A DNA stretch of 64,000 nt from Marsupella aquatica (taxonomy: Eukaryota > Plantae > Marchantiophyta). The DNA is taken from assembly GCA_973895155.1 (NCBI GenBank), contig OZ316893.1, forward strand, positions 11,041,660-11,105,659, in the 5' to 3' direction. This document shows positions 12,330 to 23,934 of the stretch, piece after piece (position 1 is the stretch's first letter; each line of letters starts with the position of its first letter). Under the pieces are notes generated by a model. It made no database searches. It saw only the letters and a list, made by a program, of their open reading frames with translations, and was not told where the DNA came from. The position numbers and the translations under genes are program-made.

Positions 12330-12845
12330 AACATGTCAAGGTGAAGAAAAGATCTTGAAGTAAAAAAGATGTTGAGGCGAGGAAAAGAAGTTGAGGTGAA
12401 TAAAGATGTTAAGGCGAGGAAAAGATGTCGAGGAGAAAGATGTCGTGATGTCAAAGTGAGAAAATTAAGGATGGCAAGATGAGATAAAAGATGCCGAGGA
12501 GAGAAAAGATGGCAAGGTGAGAAATCGATGTTTAAGGTGAGGAAAAGATGTCGAGGAGAGAAAAAGATGTTGTGATGAGATAAAGATGTCAAGGTGAGAA
12601 AAACATGGCGAGATGAAATAAAAGATGTCAAGGTGAGAAAAAGATGGCAAGATGAGACAAAGATAAAATGTTGAGGTGAGAAAAAATGTCGAGGAGACAA
12701 AATGATGTTGAGTAATGCAAAAGAGATCGAGGGAAGCAAAGATATGGAGGGGAGAAAAGATATCAAGCTGATTAAAAGATGTCAACGCAAGAAAATAATG
12801 TTGAGGTGAGGAAAATATGTCGACGGATGAGAAAAGTTGTCAAAT
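12330..12845. repeat. Purine-rich degenerate minisatellite (~18-20-bp unit AAAAGATGTCrAGGTGAG)
   Basis: More than 20 consecutive variant units. These generate the low-complexity spurious ORFs at 12260-12785. Confidence 0.9.
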
Positions 12846-14020
12846 AGATATTGTTGCAAAAGTGATAAGGGAGATCTTTAGGACAAGACAAGCAGACACA
12901 TTTACACAACCCTAGGTGGAGGGTGACATCCCCCCTCCTCCTCATTGCCTCCTCTCTGCCCTTTCTCTTGGGCTGCCTCTCCCTCTCCCCCCCCCCCCTA
13001 AAAAATACCCCAATGAAAGGCAAGGGTGTACCTTTTCTCCTCTCTCCTCTTTTTCCCTCTTATTGCCTTATTCTTATTATCTTTATTTTCACCTTCCTTT
13101 GCTCCACTTTTTCTCATCCCCTATCTTCTAATTATGGGAGGGTATGATACTATTCATCCCTTCACCCATGGGTGTATCATTAATTTCACTCCCTGCTTTG
13201 ACCTTCATGACTCCTAGTCCCTTTCTCCTCATAATGATGTCCCAAGTGCCCCCATTCCAATGGCAACACATGACATGCACATAAAGTTTATACCACCATG
13301 CCCTTCTTGGGGATCTTTGTGCATACCAAAATACTTTGTCTTGTTTGCTTTGGGTTAGGGAGATTGTTTTTTGACAAATGAAAGGCTAGGATAAAAGAGC
13401 TTATAAATCCAATGGTTATGGAATCCACTTGAAAAGTGATTTTGTAAACGGACTACCCACCACTTTTGGTGGGATAGGGTATTATAGTAGTAAGATTGAG
13501 AAAATTACTAAGTGTCAAAGACAACCCTATAAGTGTATCATGTTAGCTGAAAAAGACAAATATGTATCATCTTCGTAGAGAGGGTTTTGCTTCATACCAT
13601 CCCCTTTCCAAAAGTCCATCTGAGCCATTTGGCAAACATGGAGGCCCTCTTCAACTTCATATATATAGTTCAGTTGCGCTACAGACTCATTTTCATTGAA
13701 CTTAGTCTGTTGAAGCTACAAGCCTCTCTTACACACGACGACTACCTATGAAAGCCCATTGTGACTCTGATGATGTTAGGATCTGGTCGGTAATCAAACC
13801 TCTTGACAAGCAATGTCAACCTAGCCTTTATAATTATACCTGGTCACGTTCAAAGGCTGATCAGACACCAGTCGCAATTTGACAAGATGTACATGAATGG
13901 GATGATCGATAGACGGGGTTAGGCCGATGAACTCGCAGATCTTGGTGCTCGTCTACGGTACAAGCAAGCACAATGTTAAATACTGAGATATGTGAGATAG
14001 ATGCAATCTTCGTATAAGAG

Positions 14021-14196
14021 GAGAGATATGCTTAGTAGACCCCCTTCTGGAAAAAGTTTGCTTAATCAACCCCCTTGATACTTTCCCCCAATCTGGACCG
14101 TTGATGGACCTTTCGATCTCAGATCTGGACCATTGTAGACCTCAGGGGTCTATCAAGTAACAAGTTTCATTTTGGGGGTTGATAAGTAAATACCTG
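14021..14196. mobile_element. Mutator-type MITE
   Basis: Perfect 9-bp flanking direct repeat GTATAAGAG (14012-14020 and 14197-14205). Degenerate ~50-bp TIRs are each built of two CTTA.T..ACCCCC motifs. A 9-bp TSD with long TIRs is characteristic of MULEs. Confidence 0.75.
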
Positions 14197-14333
14197 GTAT
14201 AAGAGCCATTGCATTCACAGAAACTGATTGTACACATGTGTAATTGATTAATTTCAGTGAGTGGCAAAGGGCAAAGAACAGTCATTAATAAAGTGTGATC
14301 GAAGATGGTACCGATGCAGCTCCATTGAGCTGC

Positions 14334-15310
14334 TGACGTACCTGGTGAGCAATCCAGAGTGCATCTACAGATAGCTGGGTCCCACCGGGCCCCCGCTATC
14401 TGTTTTGACCACGCACTTTCGCCAACGCATTTCAGTCACCTTACAGCGTGCTCAAGCTCGGGCCGTCTATCGTCGATCTCTGACAGTGGGTGCTAGTGTG
14501 ACTCCGCAGCGGCTAGCCCCCCTAGAGGACATTCCTGTCCCACTTGCCGATCTAGTTTCGACACTTGATGTAGACCACTAGCTTGTTGCCACATTTGCTA
14601 GGTATGATGAGGACCTCAGTCCATTTGCGGTAGTTTTAGTTCATCTTTCTTGGTTTTTAGGGGTTTCCTTTTGCTCACTTCTTTTAGTTCCTCTTTCTTG
14701 GTTTTTAGGGGTTTCCTTTTGCTCACTTCTTTTAGTTCCTCTTTCTTGGTTTCTAGGGTTTCCTTTTGCTCACTTCTTTTAGTTCCTCTTTCTTGGTTTT
14801 TAGGGTTTCCTTTTGCTCACTTCTTTTGCGTTTGGTTTTGTCCACTTGGGACCTCTCTTGTTTCTTCTTTTGTACTCTATTTGGCCTTTTTCTGTATAAA
14901 GTATGTGTATATTCACATCTACATCATCAAAGGTTAGCGCGCGTGCTTAATTCAGTTTAGTTACTAACCAGGTCAATCTTGCTGCAACATTGCTTTTGTC
15001 CAGGTGTGCCCTATTTAACCTGACGGGCAATAACTTGCCGGGCACGTATACCCGTCAAATGACTGCCCAAAAAGAGGGCCCGAAAAGAGGCAATTTGAAA
15101 TTATTAACATCTTGCCGTGCACGAAAACCAGTGAAGGCCCACAAATAGACAATTTGATGTATATTTGTACTGATTCCCTGGCCATTCCTGAGTTTAGCCC
15201 CGGACTCCCCTGGACCCTCCCGACCCGGCCCGGCTCTCCCCACCCGACCCTCCCGGCCCGGCTCGGCTCTCCCTTCCGAACCCTGGCGGCCCGGCTCGGC
15301 TCTCCTTGTG
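14334..15310 (+). mobile_element. Probable LTR (14334-15057) plus truncated internal leader of an LTR retrotransposon
   Basis: TGACG...CGTCA termini, followed by a degenerate PBS-like AATGACTGCCCA and GC-rich ~33-bp repeats (CCCTCCCGGCCCGGCTCGGCTCTCC, 15215-15305). No TSD and no coding domain were recognised. Confidence 0.5.
14644..14826. repeat. 47-48-bp tandem repeat, ~3.8 copies, inside the putative LTR
   Basis: TCTTTCTTGGTTTTTAGGGGTTTCCTTTTGCTCACTTCTTTTAGTTCC is repeated from 14644, 14692 and onward. Confidence 0.95.
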
Positions 15311-17912
15311 AGTTCGTGACCGGTGTTCTTCGCGACAAAGCCACAGTTGAAGCCGACTTACGTGTATACTTCGATCTTCCGCCAACCTAAGGCAGGATGG
15401 CCTAAATTTCCGTCAAGCCGCATAGCATAGTGTATTCGAAAGGATTCTGTCATTGGCACCTCTTAACTTTGGATCGACATAACGAACACCATGTGCCATA
15501 CTGGCATTACTGGTCTGTTATTGCGTATCCTGAATGCATTAAGTCCATGATACTGGTAAACTATGTGGTCGAGTAGTGTCCTGCACAGCTAGCCAGTACT
15601 CTTACCATCAGTAGAACCTGTCTCGGACGTGTTGAAAGCAAGATTTGGCCCAGTCAAACAAAACAAACTCGATTCCACGTACTGTAGGCGGTAAATTGAG
15701 AGAGGATGATTTGATAATTCGAGATATTATGGATCATTCATGCCTTTCGGTATACTTACTTGAACATGATGAATTCTTGATTGTCAATTTATATTTCGTT
15801 TCTTTGGTGTAGAGCGATACTGCCAGCAGCGATTGATCTGAAAAGTCACGTCAGGTGAAACCTAGTCCCCACTTCTCTGTCATCCGCATGGGAATATGGA
15901 GACTCTGGTTTGTTATAGAATTGTAGAAGATTGGATTTATCCATAGTAAGCATGTAGTGCTAGGATCTGCACCTTGCAGATACTTCCAACAGTGGCATGC
16001 TTAGATCTGTAACGAGAGACAACAAACCGAACAACGACAAAGGCGGTAAATCGGCACATTTAGACCAGTATGCGACAGTAAATGTCTAGTAGTCCGTTGT
16101 TTTTTTGTGCCGTACTTGGCTACTGACTATCTGTAACGCATAGAACTAGATATGGCCCGGCCGATGTATAATTTGAAAGTTTCAAGAGACAAAGGAAGAC
16201 AGTCGGAGGTGACGGTAGATCCACCATCTTAGAAAAAGGTATCGGGTTCTAGGAAGGATGCTGCATGTTTTTGGATACGTCCCTCGTGCTTCACACGGCC
16301 GATGTGATACATGATGTGTTCCGTTTTTTCCTTCAAGATATGGAACTTACTACGTACTGCTCAATTCGATTACATGCTTCCAAACCTCATTATTGCGAAG
16401 AATGGGGTCCTTGTCAGGGACAGCAGGTGCACGGACTCAGGACGCAAGATCACGGAGGCAAGCAGATTGGTCCCATTCCGGTAAGTGTATTGGACGACCT
16501 CCTGCAGGGTGGAGTTCCGTTCGTCTGATGTAAGAATATGTTGCCTTTGTACTAGATGTTTGTGTGCCAGGCGCCTTGGGCACGGAATGGAAAAGGTGGT
16601 CAACCCTCTAGTATCCGGATCATGAGAATGTCGCCTGAGAGGTCGTCAAATATTCGCACACAGCTTTTTAATCGTTACTGTGAATTACAATCATAGATCA
16701 TCTTTCGAGGAGGATAAGAAAGACCAGCGAGGCCTTATCCTAGACAATAGATATTGTTCTCGTACTTAGGTTTTGTGGAGGTTGTATGAACGGTAGGAGT
16801 ACAAAGTATCCCTAAAACTAAGTCGTGTTACAAGTTTGCTCGTTTCGCATGCTCTTCCTGAGGACCCAAACACGTTCTCTAGCTAGAATCATTCGCTCGA
16901 GATCGGGACCCAATGGTTGTGGAAGGCAGCCTTCGCCAAGATGTGCCTCGTTCTTTTCGGATAGTTTTGAACTCGCAGCGTCCATAATTTCGCCTGTTGC
17001 TTCAGCAATGATTTTGGCAAGTGTTTACTGGAACAAGATCCTTACTGTTGGCAGTGCCCTGCTGAATGCGAGAGAGGAGTGATTTTTCAATCTCACATCG
17101 ATCGTCGGTGTGCTCCATTTTGCAGATGAGGTCGAGCCATTTGTCTAAACCTAGAACCGATCTTTACCAAAAGTTTGCTCATACCAGAGCTCTGATGGAA
17201 GAAGAGCTCACGTACAGTCAGAATGTTCTTTCCGGAGAGCTTTCTAAATATCATTATCACGCTTACACTGCTACATTCAAGAGAACTTTCCGTAATTTAT
17301 CCTGGCTGTAGCTAATTCAAGTATAAAGAACCAGGGATCCTGAATCTTCTCATCTAGTCTAAACATCGAATGTAGTTTTACGCAATGATCCGAAAAATTA
17401 CTGTATGCCCAAGATAGGAAGAAGGACGACACCACATTCTCAGCGAGTTGACTTGAGAAAGAGAGTAAGGCTCACTCATATCCCATTCCATGGACTCTTA
17501 TATCCCATTCCATGAACGTTGAAATTGAGTAGTTGCTTAATTCGTATGTTTGCGTGCTTTGAAAGGAGGGATCCATGTATGCTTTCGATGCAGTTTCTTC
17601 GCACTTGAAAATCATTAAAGCTCATGACAGGGACGATCAATTTCACTCAGTCTGTCTAAGCTACGAGCTTCTACGAGTTCTCTTACACGCGGACGATTAC
17701 CAACGAAAGCCCGTAACATTAGTATCTGGTTGGTAATTGACTAGCAAATGCAACTCTTATCAATATAAGTGGTGACGTTCAATGTCTTTGGTAGATTATA
17801 TCTCAGGAGAGGGTGTTATTGATGGTCTCTATGTGGTGTTATATCTTAAGTTATGTCCATCTAGTTACACTGACTTGCCAAGCATACATCGATCGATTGT
17901 AAATAATATTGG

Positions 17913-18800
17913 GGAGTTTAGGTACTGTGTCGACAATCTTAGCCGCCACCCAGAAGGTGGTTGCCATCATCACCTTCACCCGGAACTGATCATGAGCGGG
18001 ATCATTCGGGCAGATTTTTTTGTGACCACTTTGACATCTGAAATATTTCAAGTGCTCGCCCGAAGATGTGCGAGGAATGATCGGGCTTCAGATTGTCTAG
18101 GCCGAGACAAAATTGCCAGTGCTGTACGTGGCGTCATCAGCGATCTATTCATCCTCCTTACTCAGTACTGGTCCGGCGGGCAACATCAACATTTGCAAGC
18201 GACGGCGACGTTCGTTCAGCGCTTCTAGATTGTGCTACGTGCACTTCACGGATAATCTTATCGAGACCATCTCGCCACGATGGTGGGCCGGCAAGTGCAA
18301 TCTGTTGAAGGTTTGGTGAAGTCCCACGTCCAGGCGCAATCGCTCACCATCGCTCGATGAGATTATCCGTGACATGCAGATCTATAGCCCCATATAGACT
18401 GAACGAACGTCGCCGTCGTTTATCGGTCACCTAGGCGATAATCTTTGAGCTCCTTCTCCTTGCGTGGCAAATCCCTTGGAGTTGATTTTGTGCACGTACT
18501 GGATGGGAGTTCGGTATTGCATGGTCGATGTCGGCGGCCGGACTAGTACTGACTAGGTCAAAAGATGGATACATCGCTTATCACGCTGCAGCACTGGCAT
18601 TATCTTCTCAAACTCGACAACCCAGCTTGCCTGATCATTGCCGCACACATCTTCGGGCGAGCATTTCAGATGTTTCAGACCTGACAATCGTCCGAGACTC
18701 ATGATCGATCCCGCTCATGATCAATGCCGGGTGAGGGTGTTGATGACGAGCACCTTATGGGTGGCGGATAAGACTGTCAACACAATACACATAAAATTCC
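17913..18800 (+). ncRNA. Long imperfect inverted repeat; candidate long-hairpin RNA or miRNA precursor
   Basis: Colinear complementary blocks: 17987-18003/18707-18723, 18052-18070/18646-18664, 18162-18177/18537-18552, 18199-18219/18399-18419, 18246-18265/18353-18372, 18278-18288/18342-18352, among others. The inverted repeat is directly visible. Transcription and strand are inferred from the G:U bias. Confidence 0.6.
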
Positions 18801-18860
18801 TACGGCATCAGTTGCGGATAAGATTGTCGACACAATACACATAAAATTCCTACGGCATCA
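18761..18860. repeat. 50-bp tandem duplication at the base of the hairpin's right arm
   Basis: GTkGCGGATAAGAyTGTCrACACAATACACATAAAATTCCTACGGCATCA at 18761-18810 and 18811-18860. Confidence 0.95.
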
Positions 18861-21800
18861 CTTATGGCTAGCACTGCTAGCACGGTAAAGAGCTTAATCT
18901 CTCCTTCCTTTTGCCTGCACGTTCTATGGGATACGTGCCCCCTGTTCTATCCCGACTCTCTTAGCTGTGGGTCTTACTTGACATCTTAGTTGTAAGATGC
19001 TAGCACGATAAAGAGCTTTTGCTGCTTGGCAGCCTGCCCTGCCATCTGCCATCTTCTCAGGGAGGCATGGGGGTGTCCTCTGCTGCAGCCATTGCCCCTT
19101 GTGCTTGCAAGTGGCTCACGCCTTAGTTTCTTAGTTCATTGTGGACGGGATTGTGGAACTTTGGCCTATCCCCTTAGACTATGTCTGTCATGTCATATGA
19201 GTGGAGAACTGAGCTCTCACTCTTGAGGCTCAGCTTTGCCATGCACTATTTGGCAAATGTGAACGCACTGTGAGTGAGAAGGACATATTACTAAGGAGCG
19301 TTTTCTCTGCGGCACTGTCAGCCATTTGGGAATTTTGGTTGTGAATATTATTTTGGTTTCTCTACCATCGTTCCTGACAATTTGGTGTATCATTTCTAGA
19401 TATTTAACAACTAAGGAAGTAGCTCGGATAGTAGTAGGCATGAGGCCAGGAAGACATTGCAGAGGCATGCATGTACGAACAAGAGGCTCGCTGAAGGCTC
19501 TGGGTCGATCAAGCCGGCGAAGGACAGACAATTACTATCACGAACTGATTATCAACAGACTAACTTAATTGGACTTCGAATGCGTTTGATAATTCTTATT
19601 CTTCTAGCAGTTCTATACATCAACCCAAGTATTCAGAGAGTTCAGTAGTTATTATTCTCTCCATCTGATTGCTACGGAACTTTGTCACTTGAGTTTCTCA
19701 GGGATTCGTTAGTTTTGTCTTCAACGGAAATACGTGTGAACGTCAAATTCCCTTCCACTCAGGCAAGTAGTGACTGTCGATTGCGGTTCTCATCTTCGAC
19801 ATGCGCTTGGTCTAGGCCTGAAGCCCTAACTTCCATTTACAACGGGGTATTGCTGCGGTGTGTCTCTGTTGCTACTTTGTTGTTTTTAAAGATGATGTGT
19901 TCATGGGTGGATGACATCGCGTCAAGTAGTTTATGGCCATTTTGTGTATTCTGGACAACATGCGTCTACCCTATTGATTACAGACTGTCTTTAGCTTTAC
20001 ATTTCGTGTTGATGACATTGTTAACGAATTGTCGGTGTGTACGCTGGAAAAGAACGACATGACTATATATAGCACGCGCGTTTGCCAATACAAAATCGGT
20101 GGTGATATTGCTAGAATGTACGTATTGTTAAGAAGTTGTCCGTGCATATTGATTTCCTTGAAAATGTCTCAAATACCAGATGTAGTTTGACCTTCCAATT
20201 CATTTGAACTAATCTAAGATCTAGTCCTTGACATCCAGTTGCCAAACCGATTTGCCGACTCCTCGGAGCATCCGACTGCCTGGTCATCTCGATCACTTAT
20301 GCTTGATGAGTTCCGCGTAACATCAACATCACTGACTATCGACGACCCTGAACAATACTCTTTGACCGGGTATTGGGCCAGTCACACTTGGGCTAGTCAA
20401 ACGTAAATTATTGCCCTTTTCGGCCATCAAAGGATCCGAGTCTTGAGTATGCCATGCACGCAGTCGGTGCTAGCCAACCTCTTCATGGCTGACATCTGCT
20501 CCACCCGTTTGGAAAGCACACGATATACTTGTGGGCGTTAGAACTTTGAGCCAAATGTGAGGTTTAATTGGCTTCAACTTTAGAGCAGAGACGTGTAAAC
20601 CCAGGCTGCTTGCATGTTGATCGGTTTTCATCTGTGTACACAAAAGTTCACACATAAATAGAATCCTTTTCATTTGCAGAAAGAGGCCACCTGAAAGTTT
20701 TTCTGAAAAAGAACTTACAGAAAGTTTCTCTGATTGGGACAAAGAAAAAGGTTGACTCTTACTCTAAGCTCGGCTGTCGTTTGTTACTTTATTGAACGAA
20801 AGTTCTTCAATCGTGGAAGAAGATTTCATGACTCTTAAGTTGTGAGATAACCTCGACGCTGATGTTCACATAACGTCAACTTGAGGATCGAATTTGATGT
20901 CCCATAACTCGATCTTCGATGCGATCTAAATTCATTAAAAACTAATTGAGCCCTGGCTTTCGCTTTACCCTGGTTTGCCAACAGACAGTCATATCGCGCT
21001 CGGAGCGCGCTAGATCTTCAACCCCCTTGAAGTCGATGCTCTTGAAAGTTGAGTGTACGGTAGAAGGACAGGAGCGTGAGGTGAGTATTTTCTGCTCGAG
21101 AAAAGGGAATTGATTAATTAATCATAAATCATATATGAAAGAAAGATGAAGGGCGTCTCAACAATGTATCAAACAATGTGCCAAGACTTCCCTGCATTGA
21201 AAATATGAATCTGATAAATATATTGGGCACTAATTAAAATTGACCACCTTGGAGACAGAAAATAATTCGTCACTCGATTTGCAGACCGAAGACGAATAAA
21301 CAGACCAGACGAACCCAATTCCGACCAATTGTGCTTCAATTCATGATAGTAGTGCACTTCAGGTGTTGAGCAAATGAAAGTGCATGGCCTACTACTTTGC
21401 GAATTTGGCTAAGATTTCTACCGGGGACTTTCGACCAACGGTTTCTTTACAATCTTTCTATATTAAAGTTGCTGCCGCTCGAAGATTTCCTGCGATAAGT
21501 TTTCCAAACGGATCTGTGTCATTTCTGCCAGAAAGCGACCAGCGTGTCATCATCCGTCGTAAGAGTTATGCATTTCTTGCAAAGGAGTACCAGAGAATAT
21601 AGATTAGGATGGGGCACTATTCTCATGATTGGCTTTGTAAACGAGGCTGAACGATCTGGTCGAATGGATTCGGTAGATGCAGTTGTAGCCCTTATTTCTG
21701 AATTGACGTCCAGAACTAGCAGAAACCTGCAGTGCTCTCTGCTGCGCAATTACTAGCAGTTCAATTGTAGTCTCCACCTTGTCAAAGGTTGAACGATTTT

Positions 21801-23934
21801 GTCAAAAGTTCTGGCAGAGGAAATTATACAGGACCCGAAAGACTGACAACTAGGAATTTAAGAACTTATTTTCAAGAGGTTGGACGATTCCCTCGCGTGA
21901 CCTCCGAACTCCCGTCTTGGTCTGCTCGATATTTCACACTAGCTCATTCTCCCTCCCACAAAAAGAACTTAGAGCATTAACATCGGGACAAACACAAGAT
22001 TCAAATGAGCTCCAAAGACTGCCGCATGCCGGATGCCTTTTGAAAATGCCCGCCAAGAATGGGTAACGCTCACTTGAAATAGTCAGTGTTACTTGTATTC
22101 CATTTGACGTGACTATGTCCACGGAAATAGTGTGGAGGAAAGTGCAATCCAGATATGGATTCCATTTGAAGTATGGACACGAAAATAGTGTTGAGTCCTG
22201 AATGTGCAATCTAAATTCGGACTCGATTCGGGATTATTATTTTAGTGTTCAACACTAGTTGCAGTGAACGGTGCACATCCTTTCTGTGTTTGTGCTTCGG
22301 CTACATATCATTGCGCTCCATCCAGCTCCATTCATTTGGGATATATTTTGGTTTTTCGAATTGGGGATGGTCTTTTTGGGGTCAACAGACTTGCACTAGA
22401 CTTTGCACTAGACTAGACACTAAATTAAGGTGATCAATTGCCCTACCCAACTCACCCCATTTATCTCATTTCAAACTGGTGACTGTGCATGCCACCCGAA
22501 GCAGCTTTTTTCCTCGGCGCCTCAAATTAATCTCTGTATGTAACAGGGGACTTATCTAAATCATTATCTCCCAATTCCCATTCACTACTAAATTATACCA
22601 TCCTTCCAGAGCAGTGGATGGTGATAGGGGGTTCGCCCACCATCCGAAATATCAAGCTGAAATTCACTGTCTCCTAAATCGACACCACAGAAACAGGATC
22701 TCGTTGAGGAAAATGGGATATACAAGTTGATGGGATACACATATTTTTTCCTTTTAAACAGGTAGCAGGGGCTATTGAGTTGGAACGCTGTTGAGGGTAC
22801 GTTTGCATGAGACCGACTAAGACCATTTAATTTTTGGGGTGACACGAAGGACATGTCCGGGGCTAAGCACATACCTCATGAACATTATTCTAGTAAAACT
22901 GAGCGCATTCAATAAAGTCTTCATACTGTAGAGCTCTGTGCTTTACATGTGACAGCTTTCCAGGATTCAATGTTACACACAACGGGGTATCCCTGCATCT
23001 TTGTGCTTTAAATCTGACAATCTACGATCCAGACTTGTATTTGCATTTAATGAACGTGTCTATGGAATCGATCTATCCATCTGCTCCAAGCGTCATTACT
23101 ACATGTAGGGTATACGTTTCGAGCAAAGCACTCAAATCATAGAGCGCAGTCTCAGTTCCCAATACGATATAGCAGAACGAGTTGATGGACTTCAGATAGC
23201 CATGCACCGCCACTGCTGCCTCAATTTTTCGTTTGCTTGAACCCTGGATAATGTCACTAGGTTGAGCTGAGAATGAGTTTAACCTTGCTGAATCTGTGGT
23301 AAAGTAACTTGTTCTATAAGCTTTTTAACGTCGAGAAGCTCTAGAAAGTTTGAAATTCAGAGAAGCATTCTGTCAGGAGATTGAAGAACGTACTGTACTG
23401 TTCGAGACCCCAAAACAAAAGAGTCTGACGTCCTGAATGCTGTCAGTGAGAAGTTGCTGCACTAAAACTTAAACTACGAGTCAGTCTTCAATGCGTCTAA
23501 CAGCAAAGCTCCCTAGAATTTATGCGTGGGTTGAATGAGGCACCTGCTCACCATGCCAGACCGCCGTTCTTTGACCTCCCTCGAATCCCTCGATCGTGCG
23601 TGACAGGATTCCTGCCTCCATCCGCCGCTGGAAAAGGGAACAACTAGAAACGGCCAGCGTAGCAGATGTCAGCAGACAGACAAAGTGGAACCGTCGTCTC
23701 CACGAAACGAGCTGAAGCCTTCCACCTTCCTCCGCTCCGAGATCATCCATAATTATCATATATCACCTTTCCTCCAAGGCAACGCGTAGATGGTCACCAT
23801 TTGGCATGCTGCATTGTCTTAACAATGCCAGTATCGTAATCTTATGGCAGTCTTCCGCTGCAGCAACAACTTTGTACAGACCCAGACATTGTTGTAAGAG
23901 AGGACGGTACTCTCGTCATCCGACCAAGATCTCT

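Noticed and set aside
12260-13217. ORFs of up to 168 aa
   Set aside because: They are translations of minisatellite and low-complexity purine/pyrimidine tracts.
17800-17820. miR390 or TAS3 site-like CTCAGGAG
   Set aside because: Only an 8-nt match, with no second site and no tasiARF sequence.
17782-18228. 148-aa ORF over the left arm of the hairpin
   Set aside because: No recognisable domain, and the other arm does not preserve a matching frame. An ERRRR (bHLH-like) reading in another frame is flanked by stops.
18446-18512. miR159/miR319-like ends (GAGCTCCTTC...GGATGGGAGTTC)
   Set aside because: Only the 3' part resembles UUGGACUGAAGGGAGCUCC, with too many differences to assign the family.
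18896-18997. Faint resemblance to the 5' end of plant U3 snoRNA
   Set aside because: The gapped similarity was judged from memory and is weak. Box A and the downstream C'/B/C/D boxes are not intact. A cmscan would be needed.
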